Assembly: GCA_963819185.1 (NCBI GenBank)
Contig: CAWFVG010000003.1
Span: forward strand, 223,984 to 287,983
Length of the DNA: 64,000 nucleotides
Direction of reading: 5' to 3'
Source of the DNA: Bryobacterales bacterium
GTDB lineage: Bacteria; Acidobacteriota; Terriglobia; Bryobacterales; Bryobacteraceae
Shown here: positions 42,661-53,346 of the stretch, in pieces
Numbering within the stretch: the stretch's first letter is position 1
How the letters are laid out: every line of letters starts with the position of its first letter
Notes under the pieces: generated by a model
Database searches by the model: none
What the model saw: only the letters and a program-made list of their open reading frames with translations
What the model was told of the DNA's origin: nothing
Translations under genes and position numbers: made by a program

Positions 42661-43634
42661 TATTGGCTAGGCGCGTAGTAGCCGGTCTTCCAATGCGCGG
42701 AGAGCTTGCCCAGTCCCTTAGGCGGCAGGAGCTTCACCTCCAGGCGATGGTATTTGCCGTCCTTGGCGGCGTTGGTGGGCTGAAAACCGAGCATGTAACG
42801 ATTTCGCAGGTCGATCACCACCTTGTCCGCGAATTCCCGCAGAGGGAGCCCGTTCATGGGGAACATGCGTCCGCCGCTGGTTTTGGTGAGATCTTTCATC
42901 AGCACCTGATCGCTGTAGTTCGAACCCGCGCCGGTGCCGAATGCGCCGATGCCGTAGATCAGCACATCGCTCTCTTTGATCGCGCTGAGGACTTCCCCTT
43001 CGGTATAGCGGCTGTTGTTTTCGCCGCCGTCGGAGATGATGATCAGCGCTTTGCGCAACTTGGTCGACTTCCTGACTTCGTTGAGCCCCAGATAAATTCC
43101 ATCCAGCAGCGCCGTCGACCCGCCGCCTTTGCTGAACATGATCTGGTTTTCGATACTGCCCACTTCGGCGGTCAGCGGCACCACCAACTGAGCCTCGCTG
43201 GAGAGCGTCACCAGACAAAATTCGTCGCCGGGATTGGCGGTCTTGAAGAAGTAGCTGGCGGCGGTGCGGGTCTGCTGGACATTGCCGCCCATGCTTCCGC
43301 TGACGTCGAACACCAGCCCGATCGCGATGGGATCGTCCTCCATGGCGAAGGAGACGATCTTCTGCTCCACTTTATCGTCGAAGACTTTGAAGCTCTCTTT
43401 TTCGAGGCCGGTGATGGGCCGGTTCAACTCATCGCTGACTTCCACGGGCACCAGCACCAGAGTTGTCTCAGCGCGCAGGTTGACGCGCGATTCGTCAATC
43501 GGCGGCGGCGCCTGCTTGGACTGCGGAGTGGGCTTCTGCCGGGGCTCGATGGGGCCCTGGCCGCGAAACGCCAGCGGGGCGGCAAGCGCCGCCAAGATCG
43601 CCAATCCGCCGATGTTGCGCGAGGTCATCCGCAA
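42660..43634 (-). CDS. VWA domain-containing secreted protein (acidobacterial VWFA-related type)
   Basis: 324 aa. Signal peptide. MIDAS DVSGSM and IIISDGGEN. Confidence 0.85.
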   Translation of the reverse strand: MRMTSRNIGGLAILAALAAPLAFRGQGPIEPRQKPTPQSKQAPPPIDESRVNLRAETTLVLVPVEVSDELNRPITGLEKESFKVFDDKVEQKIVSFAMEDDPIAIGLVFDVSGSMGGNVQQTRTAASYFFKTANPGDEFCLVTLSSEAQLVVPLTAEVGSIENQIMFSKGGGSTALLDGIYLGLNEVRKSTKLRKALIIISDGGENNSRYTEGEVLSAIKESDVLIYGIGAFGTGAGSNYSDQVLMKDLTKTSGGRMFPMNGLPLREFADKVVIDLRNRYMLGFQPTNAAKDGKYHRLEVKLLPPKGLGKLSAHWKTGYYAPSQ

Positions 43635-43670
43635 ACAATTTTACCCGACGCTGCGCGCCGAGGGGCGGTT

Positions 43671-46313
43671 TCACTCTTCTCGAAGGATTTCGAGTGGTTT
43701 TTGTTTCAGAATGCGGAAACTGGCCAGCCATCCGGAGAGATTCGCCAGCACCGTGGTTCCCAGGATCGCCACGGCAGCAGCGGGGAAATCGACCTCGAAG
43801 CTGGCATTCAGCAGGCGCTTGAGCACCAGGCTGGAGAACCCCGACGCCAGCAGCGCCCCCAGCAATCCGGCGACCCCGCCCAGGGCCGTGAACTCGATCG
43901 AGAACACGCGCCGGACCTGGCGTCTGGTGGCTCCCAGAGTTTTGAGAATCACCACTTCGCGAACGCGGCGGAAGCGCGTGCCGGCCACGCTCGCGGCCAG
44001 GATGATCGCTCCGGCCAGAATCGCGAAACCGGATATGAAGCGGATGACCAGCGCGATTTGATCCACCACCTGCTGCGCGATCGCCAGCGCGTCGGCGATG
44101 TTCACCACGGTGACGGTGGGAAATTTGGCGAAGACCGCGCGTTGCAACCCTCCCACGGCCGAGGGCTGCATCCGGACGCCGCCGTAAAAGACCACCGGCA
44201 GCCCGGCCAGAGCCTCCGGATTAAACACGAATTCGGCGGACGGCGTGGGGCGCATCGCGTCAACCCGATGGATCGCGACTACGCGGGCGTGGACCGTTCG
44301 TCCGCTGGCCTCCAGCTCCAACCGTGAGCCGGGGTGAATCTCCAGAATCTTAGCGGCTTCCTCTTCAATCGAAACCACCGGCTCCTTGGTTCCCTTGCTC
44401 CACCAGGAGCCTTCCAGCACGGTCACATCCGATGGCTGTCCTTCTTCCCAGGTAACGGACCGCGTGTTGGTGAAGCGGCGTCGAATACCCGCGCCCTGCT
44501 GCTGCCCCGATGGTTGCTCCGGTTGCCGCCCCGCGCCTTGCTCCGGCGCGGCGCTGTCTTGCCGGTCCGCGCCTTCTTGATGCTGCTGCGCCAGGGGAAC
44601 TCCGTCAATGCTGACTAATCGCGCGGCCACGGCCGGGCCGAGAACCGCGGGCGCGAGAACGCCGGGCTGCGCGGCGATCAATTCCTTCAGAGGAGCGGTC
44701 TGCTCCGCGGTCACTCCGACCAGAAAAACATTGGGCATCTCCGGCGGCGCGGTCGCGACGATCTCCTTCACCAGCGAGTTCTGCACCAGGTACACGGTCA
44801 GCGTGAACATCACGCCCAATCCCAGCGCGACCAAAATCGCCTGCGCCTGATTGCCTTGCCGGTAAAGATTCGCGAACCCCTGGCGCACCAGCGCGGGAAG
44901 CTTCACCGGAGTTTTGCCGACAAACATTCGGATGCCGCGCAGCAACACGGCTGCGACCGCGGCCAAAAGCAACAGGCTTACGCACAGTGCTCCCGCGAAG
45001 TAGCCGCCGACGCGCGGAGAATCGGATAACCAGGCGGCCAACAATCCAATGCCGGTCAGAATGAACCCGGCAGCGGCAATAGCGGCCTTGGTCTGGCCGA
45101 TGCGCTTGTTCCAGGGGGGCCGTGCATCGGGCATATCGCGGCGCAGAATCAGCGCGGGCCGGATGCCCCGAATGGCGAGCAGCGGAGGCACCGTAAATAG
45201 AAGCGTGGTCAAGATCCCGGCTGCGATTCCCTGCACGGCGGCCGTCACATGCCACGTCACGGGAGCGTCGATGGCGAAGAGTTTGTTGATGAGAGAAGGA
45301 AACGCCTGCTCCACGCCGCGGCCCACCAGCACGCCGCCGAGCCCTCCAGCGATTCCCAGGATGAGCGTTTGAATCGTGAAAATGCGGATGATTTCGCCCG
45401 AGGTCGCGCCCAGCGATTTCATCACCGCAATGTTGTCCATCTTCTGTTGCAGGTGCGCGTGCATCGCCATGCCCACGCCGATCGCGCCCACGATCAACGC
45501 GATCAAACTCACCAGGCTGAGAAACACCGTCGCGCGGTTGAGACCCGCGGTGATGATGGGATGGGACTGGCGGAAATCGGCAACCGTGGACTCCGGCAAA
45601 GCCTGCTTGATCGCCGCACGCACCTCTTTGACCGGCGGAGCGCCGGGCCCCAGCTTGAACAGGAACCGTTGCGCGGAACGGCTGCCAATCTGTATCAGCC
45701 CGGTGCGCTCCAGCGCCTCGCGCGACATCATCATGCGGAGGCCGATGTTGAGACTGCCGGACAGGCGGTCCGGTTCGGACAGCACCGCCGCGGCGACAGT
45801 AAAGTCCTGCCCGCCGACGCGAATCTTCTCTCCCACCTTGACACCCACGCGGATCAACAGATCCTCGCCCGCAACTACCGTGTCAGGCGAAAGCGCCTGG
45901 CGAAGCGGCATCTCGGGCTGCAGCTTCACTTCGCCGTAATAGGGATAGCGCGCCGGATCGACCGCCTTAATCGAGATCAAAACGGGCGCCGCATCCGGCG
46001 CGGGCGCCGCGGAGGACGCCATGGTCACGGTCTCGGTGATCAGTGTCCGTTCCACCCCGCGAGCCGCCAGCGCATCGAGCTGCGCGGTCTGCTCCGGATC
46101 CGGGAGCATAAATTGCCGGGCCGTCAAATCCGCGGCCATCACGGTGCGAGCCTCGCGCGTCAGCATTCCTTCGAAACTCTGGCTGAAGCCGCGCACGCCG
46201 CTCAAAGCCCCCACGCCCGCCGCCACGCCCAGAACGACGAAGGTGAACTTAACCATCGAGGAGCGGGTCTCGCGCCAGGCGATGCGCGCGGCGGTGCGAA
46301 AGGAAAGGTTCAT
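43671..46313 (-). CDS. ABC transporter permease with two FtsX domains (YbbP-like)
   Basis: 880 aa. Two 4-TM FtsX modules, each preceded by a large periplasmic domain. ATGA overlap with the ATPase gene. Confidence 0.9.
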   Translation of the reverse strand: MNLSFRTAARIAWRETRSSMVKFTFVVLGVAAGVGALSGVRGFSQSFEGMLTREARTVMAADLTARQFMLPDPEQTAQLDALAARGVERTLITETVTMASSAAPAPDAAPVLISIKAVDPARYPYYGEVKLQPEMPLRQALSPDTVVAGEDLLIRVGVKVGEKIRVGGQDFTVAAAVLSEPDRLSGSLNIGLRMMMSREALERTGLIQIGSRSAQRFLFKLGPGAPPVKEVRAAIKQALPESTVADFRQSHPIITAGLNRATVFLSLVSLIALIVGAIGVGMAMHAHLQQKMDNIAVMKSLGATSGEIIRIFTIQTLILGIAGGLGGVLVGRGVEQAFPSLINKLFAIDAPVTWHVTAAVQGIAAGILTTLLFTVPPLLAIRGIRPALILRRDMPDARPPWNKRIGQTKAAIAAAGFILTGIGLLAAWLSDSPRVGGYFAGALCVSLLLLAAVAAVLLRGIRMFVGKTPVKLPALVRQGFANLYRQGNQAQAILVALGLGVMFTLTVYLVQNSLVKEIVATAPPEMPNVFLVGVTAEQTAPLKELIAAQPGVLAPAVLGPAVAARLVSIDGVPLAQQHQEGADRQDSAAPEQGAGRQPEQPSGQQQGAGIRRRFTNTRSVTWEEGQPSDVTVLEGSWWSKGTKEPVVSIEEEAAKILEIHPGSRLELEASGRTVHARVVAIHRVDAMRPTPSAEFVFNPEALAGLPVVFYGGVRMQPSAVGGLQRAVFAKFPTVTVVNIADALAIAQQVVDQIALVIRFISGFAILAGAIILAASVAGTRFRRVREVVILKTLGATRRQVRRVFSIEFTALGGVAGLLGALLASGFSSLVLKRLLNASFEVDFPAAAVAILGTTVLANLSGWLASFRILKQKPLEILREE

Positions 46314-47017
46314 GCGCGAGAGACTCCCGCGGGTTCGCGAATCTCATCCGCCACCACGCGGCCATCCTTTAGCGTCACGATCCGGTCCGCCCGCGAAGCC
46401 AGCGCCTGATCGTGAGTCACCAGAATGAGCGTGGTGCGCTCGCGTCGATTCAGCTCCAGGAGCAGTTGCAAAACGTGCTGGCCGTTGACGCTGTCCAGAT
46501 TGCCGGTGGGCTCGTCGGCCATCAAAATGGGAGGCTTGACCATGAACGCGCGAGCTAGAGCAACGCGCTGCTGCTCGCCGCCGGAAAGCTGAATGGGATA
46601 GTGATCCAAACGGTCGGCGAGACCCACCCGCTCCAGAAGCTCGCGCGCCCGCGCTACGCCCGAAGCAACGTCGCCTCCCAAAAGCTCATGCGGAAGCAGG
46701 ACATTCTCCTCGGCCGTCAAAGTGGGGATCAACTGGTAGCTCTGGAACACGAAACCGATCTTGCGCCCGCGAACCACCGCCAGCTGGTCTTCCTTCAAAC
46801 CCGTGATATCCGCGCCGTCCAGCACAATGCGGCCTTCGGTTGCGGTGTCCAGCCCGGCCAGCAATCCCAGCAGCGTGCTCTTGCCGCTGCCGGACGCTCC
46901 CATAATCGCCACAAACTGCCCCGCGGGGACATCCAGGTCGATGCCTTTTAGGATCTCGACGCGATGCGTGCCGGTATCGATCGTCTTGGTGAGGTTGCGG
47001 GCTTCCAGAATCGCCAT
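46310..47017 (-). CDS. ABC transporter ATP-binding protein (YbbA/LolD-like)
   Basis: 235 aa. Walker A GASGSGKST, signature LSGGEQQRVALARA, Walker B ILMADEPTGNLD. Confidence 0.95.
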   Translation of the reverse strand: MAILEARNLTKTIDTGTHRVEILKGIDLDVPAGQFVAIMGASGSGKSTLLGLLAGLDTATEGRIVLDGADITGLKEDQLAVVRGRKIGFVFQSYQLIPTLTAEENVLLPHELLGGDVASGVARARELLERVGLADRLDHYPIQLSGGEQQRVALARAFMVKPPILMADEPTGNLDSVNGQHVLQLLLELNRRERTTLILVTHDQALASRADRIVTLKDGRVVADEIREPAGVSRA

Positions 47018-47081
47018 CTGCTTTTATTATGCTGGTTGTTAGCGCACTGCCGCCGCGTTCCGTTGTGCGCGCTCTTAAATC

Positions 47082-47801
47082 GTGAAGCTGCTCTGGTATA
47101 CGCTGCTGCTGCTTGGTTTGTTCGGATGTTCCTCCAAACCCAAGCCCGACGCTCGTGAGGCCGAGTCGTCAGCGCCTCAAGCGAATCCGCCGCCTACCTC
47201 GCGGCGTCCCTTGGAGGGGCCCGAGGACAATCGAAAGGTTCTGGTCGTGTTTGGCGACAGCCTCAGCGCCGGCTTCGGACTCGAACCGGGCCAAAGTTAC
47301 CCGGACGATTTGCGGAAGAAGCTGGACGCGCAGGGTTACGCCTGGCGCGTGGTGAACCTGGGCATCAGCGGCGACACCACCGAGGGCGGGGTTTCGCGCA
47401 TGGAATCGGCCACGTCCCTGAAGCCGGCGATCGTGCTTCTGGAACTGGGCGGCAATGACGGCCTGCGTGGCCTGCCGCTGACGGGAACGCGCAAGAATCT
47501 CGACACCATGATCCAGACCTTTCAGGACGCCGGAGCGAAGGTGGTCCTGGCGGGTATGACTCTTCCGCCGAACTACGGCCCCGATTATATTAAGGGCTTC
47601 CAGAAGATCTATAAGGACTTGGCTTCTCAATACCGCTTGACCTTTATCCCATTCTTGCTGGCCGATATCATTACGCCTGATCTGCGCTATTTACAGCGAG
47701 ACGGCATACACCCCACCGCGGAAGGGGCCGTGATCGTGTCGGAAACCGTGTTCCGGGCGGTGAAACCGCTGCTCGGCGCACCGGGCCCCGGACCGCATTA
47801 A
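47082..47801 (+). CDS. SGNH/GDSL arylesterase (TesA-like), secreted
   Basis: 239 aa. VVFGDSLSAGFG, ELGGNDGL and DGIHPT are catalytic blocks I, II and V. Divergent from the ybbA/ybbP-like genes as in E. coli. GTG start. Confidence 0.88.
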   Translation: MKLLWYTLLLLGLFGCSSKPKPDAREAESSAPQANPPPTSRRPLEGPEDNRKVLVVFGDSLSAGFGLEPGQSYPDDLRKKLDAQGYAWRVVNLGISGDTTEGGVSRMESATSLKPAIVLLELGGNDGLRGLPLTGTRKNLDTMIQTFQDAGAKVVLAGMTLPPNYGPDYIKGFQKIYKDLASQYRLTFIPFLLADIITPDLRYLQRDGIHPTAEGAVIVSETVFRAVKPLLGAPGPGPH

Positions 47802-47919
47802 GATCAGCCCGAAAACGTACCAGGGAGCGGTACTACAACTTTATATGGAACAAGTTAGCCCCTGTGCTATCTTCTAGAAAACGGTACCCGCGCGCCGTTC
47901 GGAGAGGCCTTTACCCAAA

Positions 47920-50900
47920 ATGAAGAGAATAGTCTACGCGATCCTCGTCGCCGCCGCGCCTTTGATGGGCCAGGGCTGCAACACCAGTCTTCTATCCCAA
48001 GGCTTGCCCTGCGTCAACACTCTGCCTACGCGGGAATTCGGGCAGCCAAATCTGCTCACCCCGCTCAACTCCAACTCGCCCAACCTGGTGATAGGTCAGG
48101 AGCTTTTTAATCCGTCGGGAATCGCATTCGATACCAGCGTCACGCCTCCGCGGGTGTATGTGGTCGATACCGGCAACAATCGCGTGCTGGGCTGGAGCAA
48201 CGCCAATAACGTCAGCCAGGGGACTTTTGCCGACATGGTGCTGGGCCAACCGGCCGCCGTGACCGGTGGCCTTGACTTCACCGCAACCGCGCCGTGGGTT
48301 CCGGGATCAGCCGACAACCTTGGACTTGACGCACCTACCGGTGTTGCGGTGGACGCGGCCGGAAATGTGTACGTGGCCGACTCCGGCAACAACCGCATCC
48401 TCCGCTTTCCCACGCCCTACAAGCAGCAGCCCGGGAACTTCGTCTCCGATCTGGTGATCGGGCAAAAGAGCGCCTCCTCAGGAAATTCGCAGAACATGGG
48501 CCAATCGATCCCGAGCGCAAGCAGCCTCTATCTCACGGTCGGGAGCTCCAGCCAAGCGATCGTACCCGCCGGTCTCGCCATCGACTCGGCTGGTAATCTG
48601 TGGGTCGCGGACCCCGGCAACAACCGCGTGCTCATGTTCCCGGCGTCGAATCTGTCCGCGAACACGCAATTGCCGCAAGCTACGCTGGTGTTGGGTCAGA
48701 CGGGTTTCACCAGCAACCAGGTGAGTAACGGGTCGCAGACCAATGCGTCCATCCTTGCCAACCCCAACAGCGTGGCGGTGGACGCGCAAGGGAACGTTTA
48801 TGTCACGGATGGATACGCGCGCGCCCTGGTGTTTGCCGGGCCAACCTCCACCGGCCAGCCCGCCAAGACCATACTGGGAGTGCCACCGACCCCCACGCAG
48901 GGCCAGCCCCCCACCTACCCGAGCCAATCCACTTTAGGCGCGATCGGCACCGGCGGGCAGCTCACGACGGCGGTAGGAATCTTCCTCGCGAATACGGGAA
49001 GCGGGGTCTCCGTTTTTGTGTGCGACTCGCCGCAAAACCGCGTGGTGGTCTACAACTCCCTGACGGTGCCGGGCAACGCCAATTCTCCCCAGCAGAGCAT
49101 CGTGATCGGGCAGAACGGTTTCACATTAGGCCAGACTAACCAGGGTTTTGCGTCCCCCACCAATCAAACCTTTGCTTTTCCCGTAGCCGGGGCCATCCGG
49201 CCGGATAACAACGAAATGTGGATCGTCGATCAGGGCAATCACCGCGTGGTTGCGTTCCCCACCCAGGTCCAGGGAGCGACGGCGTCCCGAGTACTGGGGC
49301 AGAAGGACTTCATCTACAACGGAGCCAACCTGCTGGAGGGCCGCGAGCTGTGGCTCAGCACGGCCTTCTGTCCTCAATCTATTCCGCAGTGCGGCGGGAG
49401 CATCGCCGTGGATCCAAACGGCTGCACCGCGTCAAGCTGCTCCAGCAATCCGTACCTGTACATCGCGGACACCCTAAACAATCGGGTGCTGGGTTTCAAG
49501 AACGCCCTCAAGGTGGGAACCGATATTCACAGCGTGCTGAACCAGACGGCCGACCTGGTCATCGGCCAGCCGGATCTCCTGCACAACATCATCAACTACA
49601 ACAGCAACAACCCCAACGGCAGTTCGCCGACCTCGCCAGCGGCCACCGGGTTGTTTCATCCCATCGCCGTGACTGTCGATCAAAACGGGAACCTGTGGGT
49701 GGCCGATTCGGGCAACAGCCGCGTGGTTCGCTTCCCCGCCCCCTTCGCGCAGGCGCCCAACGCGGTGCAAACCGCCAACGTAGTATTAGGGCAGGCGAGC
49801 CTGACCAGCCTGGTTCCAGGCGTGAGCCAATTCAACATGGAGGAGCCTTACGGATTGGCGCTCTTCCCCGATACCGGAAATCTGGCGGTTTCCGATCCCG
49901 CGGCAAACCGCGTCCTCATCTTCGCGCGGCCGTCCGGAGCGGATTTTACCAGCGGGCAGTCCGCGGAGTATGTAATCGGCCAGACCAACTTCAACACCTC
50001 GAGCCCTGGAAACGGCACTAGCATCACGGAGCTGCGCGCCCCGCTCCACTTGGCCATCGACAGCTCCGATCGCCTGTACGTCTGCGATTTCGCCGACAAC
50101 CGTTTGGCGGTGTTCGCCAAGCCCACGGGGAGCAACCCGTCTGCTTTACTCACCACGGCCGTGGGTGGACCAATCGGGATCGCCGTGAGTCAAACTACCG
50201 GCTTAATCTGGATCACGAACGGCAACAACCTATTCCAACTGCCCGAATACTCGACGCTCCAAACCTCCGGATTTCAGGCCACCCAGCAGTTGCAACCGTT
50301 GCAGCTCGCCGACGGACTGACGCCGGTAGCCCTGGCGCTGGCGCTGGATCCGTTCGACAATCCTATCGTCGCCGACGGCGCCAATCGCGTGACGTTTTTC
50401 TTTAACCAGTTGTTCTACAGGAATACGGCCAACTACTCCACCGGAATGGACTCCACCACATCCACTTTCGTCGCGGGGCCGACCCCGACTATGCTGGCGG
50501 AACTGCACCAGTGGAACGCCCCCTTCAACTTCACGTCGACCTATAGCGGATCGCCGGCGAATCTTTCCCCTCCGTTCCCGCTAACGGTCAACAACAATAC
50601 TCTTCAGGTAACGGTCAACGGGCTTCCGGCGCCTATCTTCCGCGTCGACACCCCGAGCGTGAACGATGGCGACGTTCTCATTGAGATCCCCAACCAGGCT
50701 CCTACGTCCGGTCCGGCCGACTTCGTCATCAGCAACCCCACCACCGGCCAGATTTACGCTACGGCGACGCTCAACATGGTGGCCGCCTCGCCGGGAATTT
50801 ATGCCGCGAATGCGGGCGGAACCGGACCGGCGGCAGCCTTGAGCTTGGATTCCAAGGGGAACTACCTCGGCATCAACACTCAGGTTCCGGTCTCGCGCGG

Positions 50901-51252
50901 CGGCATTATCGATTTGTGGTTGACGGGGGCGGGCTACATTCCCGGCTTACCCGCCGACGGTACGGCGCCAGGCGGAGCCATCTATACACCCGTCAATCCC
51001 ACCGTCTTAATCAATGGCACGCAAGCGCAGATATCCGGCTCGGCCATGTCGCCGCAATTCCCGGGAGTCTGGCAGATTAACGCGGTGGTTCCCTCGAACG
51101 CGCCGCCGGGAGCGGTTTCGGTGGTGGTTCTGATGAACAGCTACGAAAGCAATGTCGGTGGAGGCCCAGGGCCGACAAGCGACCTCGACCCGCTCGTAGA
51201 CTATAACTTGACCGTGGCGAATGGAGCCATCACAACCATCAACATCAAGTAG
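47920..51252 (+). CDS. Giant secreted NHL-repeat protein with Solibacter-type C-terminal domain
   Basis: 1110 aa. Many GNNRVL / ADSGNNR / DQGNHRVV beta-propeller blades. The C-terminal approx 250 aa (..ASPGIYAANAGGTGPAAA..PGVWQINAVVPSNAPPGAVSV) resembles the Solibacter uncharacterised C-terminal domain. Confidence 0.8.
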   Translation: MKRIVYAILVAAAPLMGQGCNTSLLSQGLPCVNTLPTREFGQPNLLTPLNSNSPNLVIGQELFNPSGIAFDTSVTPPRVYVVDTGNNRVLGWSNANNVSQGTFADMVLGQPAAVTGGLDFTATAPWVPGSADNLGLDAPTGVAVDAAGNVYVADSGNNRILRFPTPYKQQPGNFVSDLVIGQKSASSGNSQNMGQSIPSASSLYLTVGSSSQAIVPAGLAIDSAGNLWVADPGNNRVLMFPASNLSANTQLPQATLVLGQTGFTSNQVSNGSQTNASILANPNSVAVDAQGNVYVTDGYARALVFAGPTSTGQPAKTILGVPPTPTQGQPPTYPSQSTLGAIGTGGQLTTAVGIFLANTGSGVSVFVCDSPQNRVVVYNSLTVPGNANSPQQSIVIGQNGFTLGQTNQGFASPTNQTFAFPVAGAIRPDNNEMWIVDQGNHRVVAFPTQVQGATASRVLGQKDFIYNGANLLEGRELWLSTAFCPQSIPQCGGSIAVDPNGCTASSCSSNPYLYIADTLNNRVLGFKNALKVGTDIHSVLNQTADLVIGQPDLLHNIINYNSNNPNGSSPTSPAATGLFHPIAVTVDQNGNLWVADSGNSRVVRFPAPFAQAPNAVQTANVVLGQASLTSLVPGVSQFNMEEPYGLALFPDTGNLAVSDPAANRVLIFARPSGADFTSGQSAEYVIGQTNFNTSSPGNGTSITELRAPLHLAIDSSDRLYVCDFADNRLAVFAKPTGSNPSALLTTAVGGPIGIAVSQTTGLIWITNGNNLFQLPEYSTLQTSGFQATQQLQPLQLADGLTPVALALALDPFDNPIVADGANRVTFFFNQLFYRNTANYSTGMDSTTSTFVAGPTPTMLAELHQWNAPFNFTSTYSGSPANLSPPFPLTVNNNTLQVTVNGLPAPIFRVDTPSVNDGDVLIEIPNQAPTSGPADFVISNPTTGQIYATATLNMVAASPGIYAANAGGTGPAAALSLDSKGNYLGINTQVPVSRGGIIDLWLTGAGYIPGLPADGTAPGGAIYTPVNPTVLINGTQAQISGSAMSPQFPGVWQINAVVPSNAPPGAVSVVVLMNSYESNVGGGPGPTSDLDPLVDYNLTVANGAITTINIK

Positions 51253-51255
51253 GGC

Positions 51256-52359
51256 TTACTGCGGCTTGGTAGCCAGCGCCCAATACCCTTCGCGCGTATA
51301 GACCTTCAAATTGGGCTGGTCAACACTCACCTTGATAGTGTGGTAGCCCGGCTCACTCTCATTGTTGGGTTGGTAGGTCAGGAGGTATTGGTTGTGGAGT
51401 TCCTGGCCGATATCCGCGATCGCGTTCTCCAGACCCTTCTGGTTGTAGAACGGGAACTGGCGGGCGCCGGTATAGCGCGAGTAGATGTCCAGGGGGTTGG
51501 GCACAATCAGTCCCTTCACCGCAATGAAAATATCCTTCAGCACCGGGAACCAATCGCCATTGTTGTTCAATTGCTGATCGAGCGTCGGGGTCATCACCTG
51601 GCTGTTAGGAAGGTAGCGGCCTCCTGGAGGAATCGGATCGGGACGCGCCTGAGTGGGCGCGGCGGTCAACTGCGAAAGCATCTGCGAAACGTCGACCGAG
51701 TACATCACGATGTTGTTGAACTCCGCCGCTTCCAGAACATCGCGCACGTGCAGGCCGCTGCCCTGGTCGCGATTTTCGGCGATCGTGATCAGGATCCGCT
51801 TGCGGCGCGGATCGCGATTCTTCAGCAGGTTGATTCCAGCCATCTCGGCATCGTTCAGAGCGCTGGTCAAGCTGCCGGGTTTGAGTTTGTCCTTGCCAAA
51901 CGCAGCGTGGATCTTCTCGGGGTCGGAGGTGAAGTTGGTCAGAGTTTGAATGCGGTGATCGAAAGCGATTACCGCGATCTCGCCATCTTCACCGATCACC
52001 AGGCCGTCGAACAGGCTCCCGATTTTATTGATCTTGGGGAGAAAACCCTCCATCCCGTGATTGGCCTGTACCGCAACCACAACCGAGATCGGGTGCGCAG
52101 ACAAGTCCTCCACGATATTTTGCGGCTTGCCGTTGTCCAGCAGCGTGAAGTCCAGGGCATTCAGGCCGTTTACGACCCGCCCATCGCGATCGAGCACCGT
52201 TACCGGCGCTTGGACGGCGTGGACTTGGAGAGGGGGAATGACGAACGCGCCTTGATCGCCTTGGCCGTTCGACGCGGGCGGCTGCGCGCCCTGCTGCGCC
52301 ACCAACAAGGCCGCTCCCGTGAAGGCGGCCAGCGGCAATCCAAACACGAAGATCCTCAT
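51256..52359 (-). CDS. VWA domain-containing secreted protein (acidobacterial VWFA-related type)
   Basis: Start chosen at MRIFVFGLPLAAFTGAALLVAQQ (ATG 52359). The ORF extends to 52398. Same architecture as 42660-43634. Confidence 0.8.
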   Translation of the reverse strand: MRIFVFGLPLAAFTGAALLVAQQGAQPPASNGQGDQGAFVIPPLQVHAVQAPVTVLDRDGRVVNGLNALDFTLLDNGKPQNIVEDLSAHPISVVVAVQANHGMEGFLPKINKIGSLFDGLVIGEDGEIAVIAFDHRIQTLTNFTSDPEKIHAAFGKDKLKPGSLTSALNDAEMAGINLLKNRDPRRKRILITIAENRDQGSGLHVRDVLEAAEFNNIVMYSVDVSQMLSQLTAAPTQARPDPIPPGGRYLPNSQVMTPTLDQQLNNNGDWFPVLKDIFIAVKGLIVPNPLDIYSRYTGARQFPFYNQKGLENAIADIGQELHNQYLLTYQPNNESEPGYHTIKVSVDQPNLKVYTREGYWALATKPQ

Positions 52360-52378
52360 GTTGCTGCAGATGATTCGC

Positions 52379-52876
52379 TTAGGCTGAAGGTTGCGCATGA
52401 TGCTCCGTTTTCCCGTGTAACAGGTTGACAGCGTGCGGGATCAGGTCCGCCACGGCCTCTAATGACTCTACCGCACCGCGCGGCGATCCGGGGAAGGTCA
52501 GAATCAGCACGGACCCGCGGGTGTAGCCGCCGCTGCGCGAAAGCGCGGCCATGGGTGTGGAAGCGCGGCCCTTTGCACGCATCACTTCGCCGAAGCCCGG
52601 CGCCTCCCTATCCGCAATGGAACGAGCGGCTTCCGGAGTAACATCTCGCGGGGCCAGGCCAGTTCCACCGGTGGACAGAATGACGTCCACTTGCTCCGAT
52701 TGAGCCAGTCCGGCCATCGCCTCCGCGATTTGATGCAACTCGTCCCTCACCAACCGTGTCTGAGCAACTTGCCAGCCAAACTGCCGCGCCCGCTCGGCTA
52801 AGGCCGGTCCGGAGCGGTCCTCCCGAGTTCCCTCCGCCGCCGAGTCGCTGATAGTTAGAATCGCGACGCGAATCAC
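52379..52876 (-). CDS. mogA: Molybdenum cofactor biosynthesis protein MogA/MoaB (molybdopterin adenylyltransferase)
   Basis: 165 aa. [27 protein letters not shown] and LPGSP-like FPGSPRG. Confidence 0.85.
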   Translation of the reverse strand: MIRVAILTISDSAAEGTREDRSGPALAERARQFGWQVAQTRLVRDELHQIAEAMAGLAQSEQVDVILSTGGTGLAPRDVTPEAARSIADREAPGFGEVMRAKGRASTPMAALSRSGGYTRGSVLILTFPGSPRGAVESLEAVADLIPHAVNLLHGKTEHHAQPSA

Positions 52877-53346
52877 CTTTTGTAGTCCCCGCTTTTCCCC
52901 CCGGTCTTTTCGAGCAGGTACACATCCTGGATCTCGATGCCTTTATCGAGAGCCTTGGTCATGTCGTAAACCGTGAGCGCGGCCACCGAGGCCGCTGTCA
53001 GCGCCTCCATTTCGACACCTGTCTGCGCGGTGGTCGCCGCGGTTGCGGTGATACGGACGCCGCGCGATTCAACCTTGGCCGTGACATCGACGTGGGTCAA
53101 GAGCAAAGGATGGCACATCGGAATCAGCTCCCAAGTACGCTTGGCCGCCGCGATACCGGCGATCCGCGCGACTTCCAGCGGATCGCCCTTGGGATTGGAG
53201 GGAAGCTTCTTCAGCACACTGGGCCGAATGCGCACGAACGCGTGCGCCGTAGCCGAGCGCCGCGTCTCCGCCTTTTGCGAAACATCCACCATGCGCGCAC
53301 GGCCTTGCGCGTCGTAGTGCGATAGCTTCTTACCAGCTGCGTTCAT
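52873..53346 (-). CDS. moaC: Cyclic pyranopterin monophosphate synthase MoaC
   Basis: 157 aa. [33 protein letters not shown] and VYDMTKA. Confidence 0.93.
   Translation of the reverse strand: MNAAGKKLSHYDAQGRARMVDVSQKAETRRSATAHAFVRIRPSVLKKLPSNPKGDPLEVARIAGIAAAKRTWELIPMCHPLLLTHVDVTAKVESRGVRITATAATTAQTGVEMEALTAASVAALTVYDMTKALDKGIEIQDVYLLEKTGGKSGDYKR

Noticed and set aside
47810-47892. Direct repeat GAAAACG(G)TACC upstream of the NHL-repeat gene as a regulatory element
   Set aside because: There are only two short copies about 68 bp apart, with no symmetry or positional argument. This could easily be chance.
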